This document shows, in pieces, positions 11,755 to 22,907 of a stretch of 64,000 nucleotides of DNA (positions within the stretch are counted from its first letter, which is position 1; every line of letters starts with the position of its first letter). The notes below the pieces were generated by a model. The model was not told where the DNA came from. It did no database searches and saw only the letters and a program-made list of their open reading frames with translations. Position numbers and translations under genes: made by a program. The DNA comes from Lingula anatina. Lineage: Eukaryota > Animalia > Brachiopoda. The stretch lies in assembly GCA_051362555.1 (NCBI GenBank), contig CM120641.1, positions 42,972,401 through 43,036,400 of the forward strand. The letters run 5' to 3'.

Positions 11755-13251
11755 TCATTTTTGTATTCCACTCTGCTTTTTCTTTATGCATCTGAAACCT
11801 CTATTGCACAAATTCATGGCTGATACACATGTAGTCCACATCCTGGATGGATTATTCTGAAAATCTGTAGGATACATATTTCGAGCACAGTCCTTGATGA
11901 ATTGTATACGATAAGGACAAAGACTTTTCTTTTTGAGACCACTCCCACTTGAATTTCCTAAAACATTCTTATCGTTTTGCAACCGCTCATCACTACTAAA
12001 AATTTTACACATTAATTTTATACAAAAACTTCTGGCATCATGTGCCTTGCTCTTAATTTCCTCTAATTCATATTGTGTGATACACAGACGGGAAAACTGT
12101 GCAGCCTGTGGTGGCATGAGTGGTACTTGAGAGTTGTGTATCAATGGTGTGGATGATGTGATAGCATTAGATATATGACTGTTCTGGTCTTCAGGTTCAG
12201 GTCTCCCAGGGCCAGAAATGGAGTTTGCTTTGTGTAGTAAGGATGCCCCAGCAGCGACTACAGTATCAGTTTGAATGTGACAAGTTTCGTGCCTTTTTGT
12301 TTCTCTGAAATTAAGGTATGTCTGATCACAAACTATACACTTGAATTCTTCTTTGCTGGAAGTTGCATTTACCTGTCTGTGTTTTCTTTCACATTCAATC
12401 AATAAGGCACAGCTACTGTAGTACTCATTACAAACTGAACATATGAAAATTGTGGTACCTGTTTTAGGACATTTGTGGATACACAATAAATTTTCTCCAA
12501 AGTCACTGTGGGTAGCAAAGCAAAACTTGCATGATGGAATTTTAAACCTACGTTCACTGGAGCTAATTTGTGCAGAAACAGCAAGCTGACCAGATGATGA
12601 GGAATTCTTATTTGAATTGTTATCAGATAGCTGGTTAGAACTTTCCAGTGACACACTAATTGTTTCCCTGCTGGCTTGTAGCTTTGGGGTTTTCTTGGGG
12701 TTCTGCTCAACTGAAATGGGGCTCTTATGTACTTTACGTTTTAAAAATGATTCCATATTTCTTGGCTGACTGGCTTGTCTTCTTGTTCCTCTATATACTG
12801 TTGAGGTGATTTCCTTTTCATTTGTTTTCTCTGTGCTATTTGGCACAGCAGTCTCATTACTGAGCTGGAAACTCTCATAACTTTCAACATGCATATCTAA
12901 ATCAATATCATTTTCACAGTCTCCGCAGACTGAATCTGGATCCATCTTAACAAAATCCTGCGAAAAGTCATTAAAGCTGGACTCTCTTTGTAAAGTGTTT
13001 GTGCCTGTTTGATTTGTTTCCTGGCTATTTTGCAAAGTTTGACCTGCAGCAGTTACTACTGGACAATTCAGGAATGGAGATCTACTGACATCACTCATCC
13101 TTAACACACTTTCACATAAAGAACACCTTAAAGTCAAATTTTGTTGTCCATCCTCTTTTGTTATAACATCCATCTTCATGTGGATCAGCATGTGCCCCTC
13201 TTGGCATATCTGTTGGCTTGAAGAAGCTGGTCTGCTCATGTCAATTCCCAT
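11755..13251 (-). CDS. Zinc finger + BEN-domain protein, copy 3 (498 aa)
   Basis: Intact ORF with the same motifs. In-frame linker deletion relative to copies 2 and 4. Confidence 0.85.
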   Translation of the reverse strand: MGIDMSRPASSSQQICQEGHMLIHMKMDVITKEDGQQNLTLRCSLCESVLRMSDVSRSPFLNCPVVTAAGQTLQNSQETNQTGTNTLQRESSFNDFSQDFVKMDPDSVCGDCENDIDLDMHVESYESFQLSNETAVPNSTEKTNEKEITSTVYRGTRRQASQPRNMESFLKRKVHKSPISVEQNPKKTPKLQASRETISVSLESSNQLSDNNSNKNSSSSGQLAVSAQISSSERRFKIPSCKFCFATHSDFGENLLCIHKCPKTGTTIFICSVCNEYYSSCALLIECERKHRQVNATSSKEEFKCIVCDQTYLNFRETKRHETCHIQTDTVVAAGASLLHKANSISGPGRPEPEDQNSHISNAITSSTPLIHNSQVPLMPPQAAQFSRLCITQYELEEIKSKAHDARSFCIKLMCKIFSSDERLQNDKNVLGNSSGSGLKKKSLCPYRIQFIKDCARNMYPTDFQNNPSRMWTTCVSAMNLCNRGFRCIKKKQSGIQK

Positions 13252-14625
13252 TCTTGCGGAGTAAAAAATTGGATTCTGAAAGATAAAGATGACAGAAAAA
13301 AATGTTGTTGTGCTTTGATTACTCCAGTGATTATGACGTCATGATGGATGTGGTGTGCATATAGCAATGTCAGTCTCCACACATATATTCATGGGTATTT
13401 GACTTGTGACAATTGCCCCACAACTGCATAGCATTTTATTGTTTGTTCTTTATCAATGGTTTCATCATCCAAAGTAATATACTCAAAAGTACTGCCCACA
13501 TTTAGAATGCATGTGCAAAATAGAGTGTCAGAACAGTTGATTCACATCTCTTTTCTGCATGAAATTCAACACATTAATATACTTCCATTTAACGTTTTCT
13601 GATTTGTACTATATGCCCTCACTGACATCGTTGTAACTGTAAATGGCGGAGTTAGTTCATCAACCTTGAAGCTGGGGCTCTCAAGTTTTTTATTTTCATC
13701 ATTCATAGTATCTTCCATATGAGACAAATAATTTTGCTGTAGACGGAACAATGAATAAGGTAAAATTTATCTGTGTGTTGACTAGCTACTTATGCCGTGG
13801 AGAAAAGAAGAAACACAAAATGTACACCGGCTGAAGACTGCCAAGGTATTGTATGCATGTATGATGTAAAGTACATTATAATTCGTGTACGTTTTGGATA
13901 TTTATTCTCTGAATTCTAAACACGTTAACGTTGCACTGGCCTGCTCGGACGCCACGGATATTTTAAAACTTGTGTCCCTTTAAAACATGCGTTAAATTGC
14001 TTTTACTTACTTTCAAAATGTATCTGGTTGATTGATCGTTTCTGCACGCCTTTTGTCACTAATGAAAAACCTCAAGGAGTAAGTGGGAAAGTTAGTGGAA
14101 GTGCATGCACGTGACTAGCACACGTACGTGGGCGCCTTTGTTGCGTTATGGCGAAATGGTTTGCACTCCATGTTCGCCAACACGAATTGAGAAAAAAGTA
14201 TCCACCGATAAAATATCCCTTATACCAAGATAAGACAAAGTGAAATATATTCATGCTAGTTACAAAGTTTACGTTGATTGAATTTTTTTCAGAACTTTAT
14301 CTAATCGCCTTTAATCAGCAGTTTTCAAGAGAATAGTATTGTGCTTATGGAAATTTGATAGAATTTATCTAATAATGTTAAAACATTTTTTTGCAATATT
14401 TTTCTTTGACCCAATGGTCAGATACGATGATAAAGACTTTTATCCAGCCAAGTTTAATTTAAATAAAAATGCCATTTGACATATTGCTTTAAAAGACAGA
14501 CTTTGTAAAATAGCAACTTTGCCAAATTAGGGGGCATGTGTCAGCTTGGGGCCCATTATAAACGGTAACATTTAAACAAAAGGTGAATATACATGTACAT
14601 GTATATATATACATGTATATGAACA

Positions 14626-14681
14626 TCGTCTATTGACCATGTTCATATATATACATGTATATGAACATGGTCAATAGACGA
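14626..14681. repeat. Perfect 24-bp inverted repeat with 8-nt spacer
   Basis: TCGTCTATTGACCATGTTCATATA-tatacatg-TATATGAACATGGTCAATAGACGA. Confidence 0.9.
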
Positions 14682-15533
14682 ATTCAATTTTTTAAATTGA
14701 ACTATGGTAAATGAGCATAGCAACTAAATTCTATGGTCAGGCAGAATTTTAAGAGGTATGTTTATTCAAAAGGGCATGTCAAATATCCAAAGTGTAGGTC
14801 ATTTAAAGCATAAAAACAACATCATCAAGGGTTTCCCTGCAATCAATTGTAAATTTTTCCACATAGCACACCAATACCCGATCCATTTCTCTACTTGAAA
14901 AACAAATCCTAAATTTAGGGTAGGCCATGCTGCCAGGTCCTTAATCAACTTATCAATTTCATATGGCCTATTTTTAAATATAATATTGATGAGCTACAAT
15001 GTCGGTAATATGAAAACATTGCATAGGGGGAGCATCGGTGCGGGGGAGTAAAGAAGCAGAGAGGCAATAATGTGGGGAAGTATAGGTGTGGGGGAGTAAG
15101 GGTCCTAATAATGTTGATTTTGATCGATGTAGTGTACTTTTAAAAATTACAGAAAAAAAGGACGGTTGAGGCACCAACACTAACTTGCGGTACTTTATCT
15201 TAACGTTATGGTTAAATAGGCCTTAAAACAAAAATGCTGCTCATACCTGTTCAGGTGATAGACATCTATTCAATAGTAGCTATAAAAGTCCCCCACCCCA
15301 ACCCCAAATAAAAATACTAAAATGATGTTGTCAGCTTAAATTACAAAAAAGCATCTCAATGCATTTTTAAGTACATGTAACAGTATTGTTTCATTACAAG
15401 ACAAATGGAACAACACAGAACCTACAGCACCATCAGTTGTGCAAACTGATGGCATGAATAATATCACAATGTAACATAGTCCAATGCTAAAAACACTACA
15501 TAATTATGCATGTTCCATCACTCGGTGCCATCA

Positions 15534-17105
15534 CTATTCCACTTGCCTCTGCTTATTACTACTTCTGAGACATCTATTGGCCGTATTCATGGCTGTTACA
15601 CACCTATTCCACATCCTTTGTGGATTATTCTGAAAATCTGTGGGATACATAGTTTGAACACAGTCCTTAATGAAATGTACACGAATGGGGCAAAAAGCTG
15701 TTTTTTTAACTGCAACATTTTCAGTTCCTAAAATATTTTTATCATTCTGCAAGCGCTCGGCTCTACTAAATATTTTACACATTAATTTTACACAAAAGCC
15801 TTTAGCATCAGGTGACTTATATTTCATTTGCTCCAATTCATGTTGAGTGATACTTAATGGGGAAAATTGTAAAGCCTGTGGCAAAGGTAGCACTTGAGAG
15901 TTGTGTATCAATGGTGTGGATGATGTGACAGCATGAGGTATATGACTGTTCTGGTCTTCATCTTCAGGTCTCCCAGGGCCAGAAATGGAGTTTGCTTCAT
16001 GTAGTAAGGATGCCCCAGCAGTCATTCCAATATCAATTTGAATGTGACAAGTTTCATGCCGCTTTGTTTCTCCAAAATCAGCAAATGTCTTATCACAAAC
16101 TATACACTTGAATTCTTCTTTGCTGGAAGTTGCATTTATCTGTCTGTGTTTTCTTTCACATTCAATCACTACGCTACAGCTGCTGTAGTACTCATTACAG
16201 ACTGAACATATGAAAATGGTGCCACCTGTTTTAGGACATTTGTGGCTGCACACTACACTTTGTCCAAATTCACTGTGGGTAGCAAAGCAAAACTTGCATG
16301 ATGGAATTTTAAACCTACGTTCACTGGAGCTAATTTGTGCAAAAACAGAAGGCTGACCAGAAGATGTGCAATTCTTATTTGAATCATTATCAGATTGCTG
16401 ATTAGATCTTTTCAGTGACACACTAATTGTTCCCCTGTTGGCTTGTAGCTTTGGGTTTTTCTTGGGTATCTGCTCAACTGAAATGGGGCTCTTCTGTATT
16501 TTACGTTTTAAAAATGATTCCATATTTCTTGGCTGAATATCTTGTGTTCTTGTACCTCTATCCACTGTTGAGGTGATTTCCTTTTCATTTGTTTTCTCTG
16601 TGCTGTTTGGGACTGCATCAGTGCACAGTGGTGAAATGGTTTTGTCAATTGGCTTTGAGTACAACACATCTGCCTCATTTGCACAAAGGTCAATATTGCT
16701 AGAATTCTTATTACTGAGCTGAAAACTTTCATAACTTTCAACATGCATATCTAAATCAAGATCATCTTCACAGTCACCGCAGACTGAATCTGGATCTGTT
16801 TTAACAAAATCCTGTGAAAAGTCATTAAAGCTGGACTCTCTTTCAGAAGTGTTTGTGTCTGCTTGATTTGTTTTCTGGCTATTTTGCAAAGTTTGACCTG
16901 CAGCAGTTACTACTGGACAATTCAGGAGTGGAGATCTACTGACATCACTCATCTTAAACACACTTTCACATAAAGAACACCTTAAAGTCAAAGTCTGTTG
17001 TCCATCCTCTCTTGTTATAACATCCATCTTCATATGGATCAGCAGGTGCCCCTCTTGGCATATCTGTTGGTTTGAAGAAGCCGGTCTGCTCATGTCAATT
17101 CCCAT
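15534..17105 (-). CDS. Zinc finger + BEN-domain protein, copy 4 (523 aa from the conserved MGIDM start)
   Basis: Intact ORF. The extension to 17255 in the ORF track runs through the conserved intron acceptor, so the paralog-conserved ATG at 17105 is used. Confidence 0.85.
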   Translation of the reverse strand: MGIDMSRPASSNQQICQEGHLLIHMKMDVITREDGQQTLTLRCSLCESVFKMSDVSRSPLLNCPVVTAAGQTLQNSQKTNQADTNTSERESSFNDFSQDFVKTDPDSVCGDCEDDLDLDMHVESYESFQLSNKNSSNIDLCANEADVLYSKPIDKTISPLCTDAVPNSTEKTNEKEITSTVDRGTRTQDIQPRNMESFLKRKIQKSPISVEQIPKKNPKLQANRGTISVSLKRSNQQSDNDSNKNCTSSGQPSVFAQISSSERRFKIPSCKFCFATHSEFGQSVVCSHKCPKTGGTIFICSVCNEYYSSCSVVIECERKHRQINATSSKEEFKCIVCDKTFADFGETKRHETCHIQIDIGMTAGASLLHEANSISGPGRPEDEDQNSHIPHAVTSSTPLIHNSQVLPLPQALQFSPLSITQHELEQMKYKSPDAKGFCVKLMCKIFSRAERLQNDKNILGTENVAVKKTAFCPIRVHFIKDCVQTMYPTDFQNNPQRMWNRCVTAMNTANRCLRSSNKQRQVE

Positions 17106-17513
17106 ACCAGTGGAGAGAGGAATGCAATCTGAAAGATAAAGATGACATATTATTTTAAACATAAAAAAATTTTTTGTTTTAATTATTCCTGTGAACACAT
17201 AGCTGTAACTGAAATGATCTACCGGGGTATGTGTATAAACAGGGCCAGTCTTCACACATTTAGTATGCTTGGGGTCTGACTTGTGACAATTTGCATATTA
17301 ATTTAAACATGTTCAGTACTTAATTGGCTTCTATCAATGGTTTTATTATAAAAAAGTGGTGTACCCAGAGGTACTACTGCACCTTAAATGTAATATATTA
17401 GTATTTAATTTTTTTCTAATGTGGACTTTTATTTTATTTGCTGAAAGAAACAATTGAATTTAACTGTAAAATGGTAATGACTTAGCCCGTTCAGCCTTTA
17501 ACTTGGCTCTCAC

Positions 17514-17615
17514 TTGCCTCAGTTTTCGGCCTTACAAGCTCACGGTACCCTTACCGCTGGTAGCCTTACCAGCGGTAAGGGTACCGTGAGCTTGTAAGGC
17601 CGAAAACTGAGGCAA
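17514..17615. mobile_element. 102-bp perfect foldback MITE with 9-bp TSD (GGCTCTCAC)
   Basis: Perfect 49-bp arms TTGCCTCAGTTTTCGG...GCTGGTA / TACCAGC...CCGAAAACTGAGGCAA around a 4-nt loop (GCCT). GGCTCTCAC at 17505-17513 and 17616-17624. Paralogous introns have a single GGCTCTCA. Confidence 0.85.
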
Positions 17616-20258
17616 GGCTCTCACCTTCTCAAGTCCCGAACTGCTGCAACCAGTTTTGTTGTGAAGTCTGAAGAAGATGAAATTTATCTACCCGTCTATC
17701 AGTTGTTTTCAGATATTATGCTGTAGAGAAATGACTGTTTATGACTGCCAACATCTGTCTATTGTGTATGTACATTCAGATATTTAATTTTACCTGTGCC
17801 CCTTTTGAAATAAAATACTCGTTAGCACTCTACTAGCACCAACACGAATAAAGAAATCTCTCCTGGAAAAGCGCCACCTACAGTTTTGTCTCCAAACAAC
17901 AATTCAGTTTATGACACCGGACCTGTGCGCTCTACATGATAATTTCGTGACCACTGATTCTATACGGTAAGTTTTTCACGCTCCTCTAACAAACACTTTG
18001 GTGTGTATCATTGTCACTTGTAGCTACCAGAAGACTAAATAACCTTGACCACTCAGGTTCACTGTATTTGGCGATAGTAAGTAAAAACTGAGCCACGCTT
18101 TTGCTTTTGGTGCAAGAAATTTTGACACTTTTGCTGTATTCCCCCACCATGAAACTTGGTGACATTCAATATTAAATTATTTGTGTGGTGAATTTGAGTA
18201 ATATCTCCTCTACTCAAATAGTTTGTAGATTTGTTTACCAATTTTAAGATGCTTGTACAGTGGTAGCTTTATTGACGCCGCCTTAATTCACAACTAAAGT
18301 TTATTCGAAGGCTAACAGATTGGCGGATTAAATATGGCTTGAAAAGCTTATAGTGTATTTCCCCAAGGGGAATTGACTCGGTGTCTGTTAGGGGAATGTG
18401 TGATAAGCTGGCAAGTAGGTTTGCCATAAATGATCCGGGGAGTGGGTTTTGCTACACACCCAGTGACAGTCTCAGGGGAAATCCTAGACTAGGTCTGACT
18501 CTCTGGAGGGTCTCAGTAAAGTGCTATCATCTTAACTGGCTTAAATATCTCTCACGCCTACCGAATCAGCAAGAGGGTAAAGATAACTACTCCCTTACGG
18601 CTTTACTCACCCTCATTGCTAAAAGGATAGGAAAGGAATGTCATGCCTTATGAATTAAGTTTCGCCCTTATTGACAAATTGTTGTTCTACTTACCTTTCA
18701 TTCTTCTAGTTATTCTGTTTTTTTTCCTGAAATTTTTCAACATTGGCTTTAGTGCCAGTTTTGACTTGTTTTGTGATAATTTTTTTCAATTTTTTCTAGT
18801 TTAAACCAGTTTCCATTGTTAACTCAAACAGAATGGGAATTGACATGAGCAGACCAGCTTCTTTAAGCCAACAGATATGCCAAGAAGGGCACCTGCTGAT
18901 TCATATGAAGATGGATATTATAACAACAGAGGATAAACAACAAAATTTGACTTTCAGGTGTTCTTTATGTGACACTGTGTTAAAAATGATTGATGTCGGT
19001 AAACTTATCAATCATCCAGTAGTAACTGCTATAGATCACACTTCGCAAAATAGCCAGACAACAAATCAAACAGACACAAACACTTCAGCAAGAGAGTCAA
19101 GTTTTGTTGATTTCGCACAAGATTTTACAAAAACTGAGTTAGCTTCATCAGAAAGAGAGTCAAGTTCTGCTGAGGTTGCACAAGATTTTACAAAAACTGA
19201 GTTAGCTTCATCCCAGGGAGAACGTGAAGATGAGATTTCAGAAAGAGAGAGTAATTTTAATGACTTTGCAGTAAAGACAGAGTTAGTTTCTCTCCAGGGC
19301 GATTGTGAAGATGACATCGGCTTAGATATGCACGTTGAAAGTTATGAGAGTGTCGAGCTTGATCTTGGAAATAAACAAGAAAATAGTGCAGCAAATTCCA
19401 ACCAGATGCAACCTTTGACTAATGATACAGAAGCTGGTACCTCATCTGTTCAACAAATTGTTTCTGACAAGAGAAAATCCAATGCAAATAGTGCAGCAAT
19501 TTCCAACCAGATGCTACCTTTGACTAATGTTACAGAAGCTGGTACCTCATCTGTTCAACATATTGTTTCTGACAAGAGAAAATCCAATGCACCTTCTGGA
19601 TATAAGGAACCACTAAGTAAATTTTGCAAATCGACTGAAGGTGAGTTTGGACAAAGTTTAATGTGGGGCCACGTGTAAAAAAATTAAAAAGCATCCTTTT
19701 GAGCTGTTCTGTCTGTAGTGATTATTATGGCAGCTGTAAACTTTGTGGTGGAATGTGAAAGCAAACACAGACTTTTAAAAAACAATTGCTCCAAGCAGGC
19801 TGGTTGCCAGGGGGGGTTGGGGGGGGTTCCATTGAACCACCCTTTTTGCCTTGAAAAGGTCTGCTCTAAGTCAAATTTTGATCACTGTTCTTTGTCATTT
19901 CTCACTGTTCTCAATAAAGAATATTCATCATTTTTATACAAAAAGTGAAATAAAGCAGACAGTTTTGATAGTTACGCTCTGCGTCAAATATACCCAATGG
20001 GAGAGTAAGGTCGTCAACTTCACTTGCATTTTAAGTTGCCAACGCATTTTTGCTATTAGCGTCAAAACACACTCTTTATGTGTAATTTATTGGAATGATA
20101 ACTAAAATCCAAAAACCCACAGATCTCTAGCTAAGACTTGTTAGGTTATGGCGTCATTTTTTGTCAAAAAGTAATGATTGAACTTTTAAAAATCAGCACA
20201 CATCTTTGTCGTTCATTTGGTCGTCCATGACACAAATGGAAGGTTAGGACTACTCGGA

Positions 20259-22312
20259 ATGCATTGCAAGATCGGAGGGAAAATGAAACACACTAAAAGA
20301 CCAGGTAGGCTCTGTGAATATTTTTGTCAAGCATATCGTACTCGTAATGATCAAATTCTTTTAGCAGTCTTGTAACAATCAACAGTGTTTTTGTGCATTT
20401 TTGTGATTTTGATGATGATTTGCACTTTATTATTAACTTGAAGCGAGTGTACAGCATATTATATTGTGTAACAGCAGACGATTTACATACCGCTAAATTC
20501 GAGTGAAATATTTGCCCGCTTAAATGTCAAATTAAAAAGTTACAGTTTATGTCAGTGTAGCAATTGTCGGACAATGAAGCTACATGCCTCTTAGTACAAA
20601 AGTTAACTTTATTTTATCAGTTTGAAGCATGGTTTTCTCAAACAATTTATTATTTCTGTGTTCAGATACATGATATCACGTTGCATTTGTTCTCTTTTTT
20701 TTTTTTTTTTTTTTGACAAGCAATTCCATTTGACGCAGACCAGCTGTCCTACTTCATATCTTTAAGACTTTTAACCACCTCCTTATTTTCATTTACCTCA
20801 CATTTATGAATCAACAGTATTAGAATAAAACACTCCATTACCTTTTGGCCAGCCTACCCTGCTGTTACCCAGCGACAGGGGGAACCCCTGCCCAATTTTT
20901 TTAAAAGGGGGGGGGGGGGGGGGTAAATATTGGACTTTAAGGCATCTACCCCTCCTGGATACTGGTGGTCTGCTTTTCATAACATATTTTTAACAATTCA
21001 GATATGCCAATGAATATTACATTTGACTTAATCATCTGTCTTCTGTGTTTTTACCAGATTTGGAGTAATACTTAAACATAATTGCCCTTTTCAGGTCTAT
21101 GTGAGAGACCACTGTCCCCAGTGGCTCTAAGTCATAAAGAGAGAGAACAAAGAAAGAGGGAAAAGAACAAATTAAGTTGCAAGGAATGGCGGGAGAATAT
21201 GAAATCAGACCCCATTCGTAGTGAAAAACAGAAGCAAAAAGACAGGGAAAGGAACAGGGCTAACCGACATAAAGCTAAGACAGAGGAGGAAAAGGCACGA
21301 CAGAGGGAGCTTACCAGAGAGCGTGTGCGCAGATTTAGGTAAATTCTAGGATCACTCAGCTAACTCAGAGGAGAGCAAGATATAAAAAACCAGCTGGTTT
21401 GATTTATAGAAATTGTGTAAGCTATAATAATACCAGCTGATGTTTTAAAGGTTAAGAAAATTATGAATATTAAAACAATTTACAGAGTTATCACTGTAAA
21501 ATGAATATTCTGGATAACTTATGAAGGTTAACTATTTATTTTTCTTTGAAGGATTATGATTTCACTAACTGTTATAAGCATATTTTTATAATCATTTATT
21601 ATTATAATTTCTGACAATTTTAGGGCCAAGCAGAAAGCAGAAAAATCAAAGGTAACAATTAACCAAAAGAAAGTAACCACACGCCCAAAAGAGAAAAGAA
21701 ATACAAAGGCTGTTAAGCTTCAAAGAGAAAAATGGAAAATGTCCAAAAGGAAACAAAGGGAACAGTGGACCCAACAGAAATGGAAATGTCACAGAGAAAA
21801 AAAACGTAATGCATATTACAAGCGAAAAAGGACTGCAAAAGGTTATCACACTTTTAATATTCGGTAACTTTGAATTTTTCTCATTTAAAAGGTATTTTCA
21901 TTTAGCTGCAGCTTTATGTTGTTTTATTAATTTTTATTATTGACTAACCCTCTCCTATTTTGTACAGTGAACATTCATATCTCCCTATAGAGACATTCCC
22001 TTAATAGTGTGCTTATAATTATTTCAAATTTTCAGAGTGCCATACATCTTCCTCCCTTCAAAATGCCTCGGGGCAATAATGTGGAAAAAAATTGGGGAGC
22101 ATACTGTCTTCTTTGAAGAAATCACTTTGCAAGAGGTGTCTTATTTTGCAAGTTAAAGGTGTTGCAATATCATCCCCACCTAACAGCCTGTACAAAAGAA
22201 GACAGAAGCACAAGGGGACAGAAGCAGCTAAGAAATTTATGGAGGAACAGTCCGTACACATTCCACATAAGAAAACTGCAGTGAGAGTTAAACAGAGAAA
22301 GATACTCCAGAA
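20259..22312 (+). pseudogene. Degenerate multi-exon K/R/E-rich protein resembling the N-terminal region of invertebrate DNA transposases (Sola-like, tentative)
   Basis: Exons ~20259-20304, 21095-21338, 21624-21841 and 22037-22312 give ..KEREQRKREKNKLSCKEWRE..RQRELTRERVRRFRAKQK..QREKWKMSKRKQREQW..REKKRNAYYKRK.., then (with a stop/frameshift) ..KKFMEEQSVHIPHKKTAVRVKQRKILQK. No DDE/DDD catalytic region seen. Confidence 0.4.
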
Positions 22313-22740
22313 GGTTGAGATGATTACACCAGAACTTTCTGTAGAGCCACCCCCACACCAAGTGGTCCTTATGGCATGTACAGACACACGCCAAAACAAA
22401 TTATACCAGTAAACATCAAAAGTGGAGGCAGTGTTTGTGTGAGATCTGTTACAGTATTGACCTGAAACTCGTTGTTGGATATTACATGGACACAGTTGCT
22501 AGTGTTACACTGTGTCCAACTGCAAAATGTAACACCTGACATTGTAAACCATTAGTTTAGTAGCTCAACTGAGTGTTAATCACTTAAATTTAACTAGTCA
22601 GATTTTCTCATTATATTTGACAATGTTGCATTTTAATGAAAAGGAGTGGAGGTACTGACTATTGGATGTTACACTGGACATAGTGAAGAATGAAAAAGAT
22701 GTTACAAAATATGACTTGCAGGTTAAGGAATTGACACATA

Positions 22741-22907
22741 TAGGCCTACCCAACTACCAGACTTGGCACCGAATGATCACAAATACCAACTACCAGACTC
22801 GGCTCTGAAGCGTGTACTGACTCACACCTTGAAAACGGGTAGTGGGGTCCGATCTACCGGTGAATTCAGGATCATTTGGTGCCAAGTCTGGTAGTTGGGT
22901 AGGCCTG
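22741..22907. mobile_element. Short MITE, AGGCCTACCCAACTACCAGA family
   Basis: ~37-bp TIRs AGGCCTACCCAACTACCAGACTTGGCACC / GGTGCCAAGTCTGGTAGTTGGGTAGGCCT. Same family as 23674-24211. Confidence 0.75.

Noticed and set aside
17106-17255. N-terminal ORF extensions in the track for copies 4, 6, 7 and 8 (to 17255, 30104, 38634, 44158)
   Set aside because: They read through the intron upstream of the conserved acceptor and are not conserved among paralogs. The MGI start is shared by all copies.
18340-18660. GC-richer patch that may be a SINE fragment
   Set aside because: No clear A/B boxes, tail or TSD could be identified by eye; a repeat-library search is needed.
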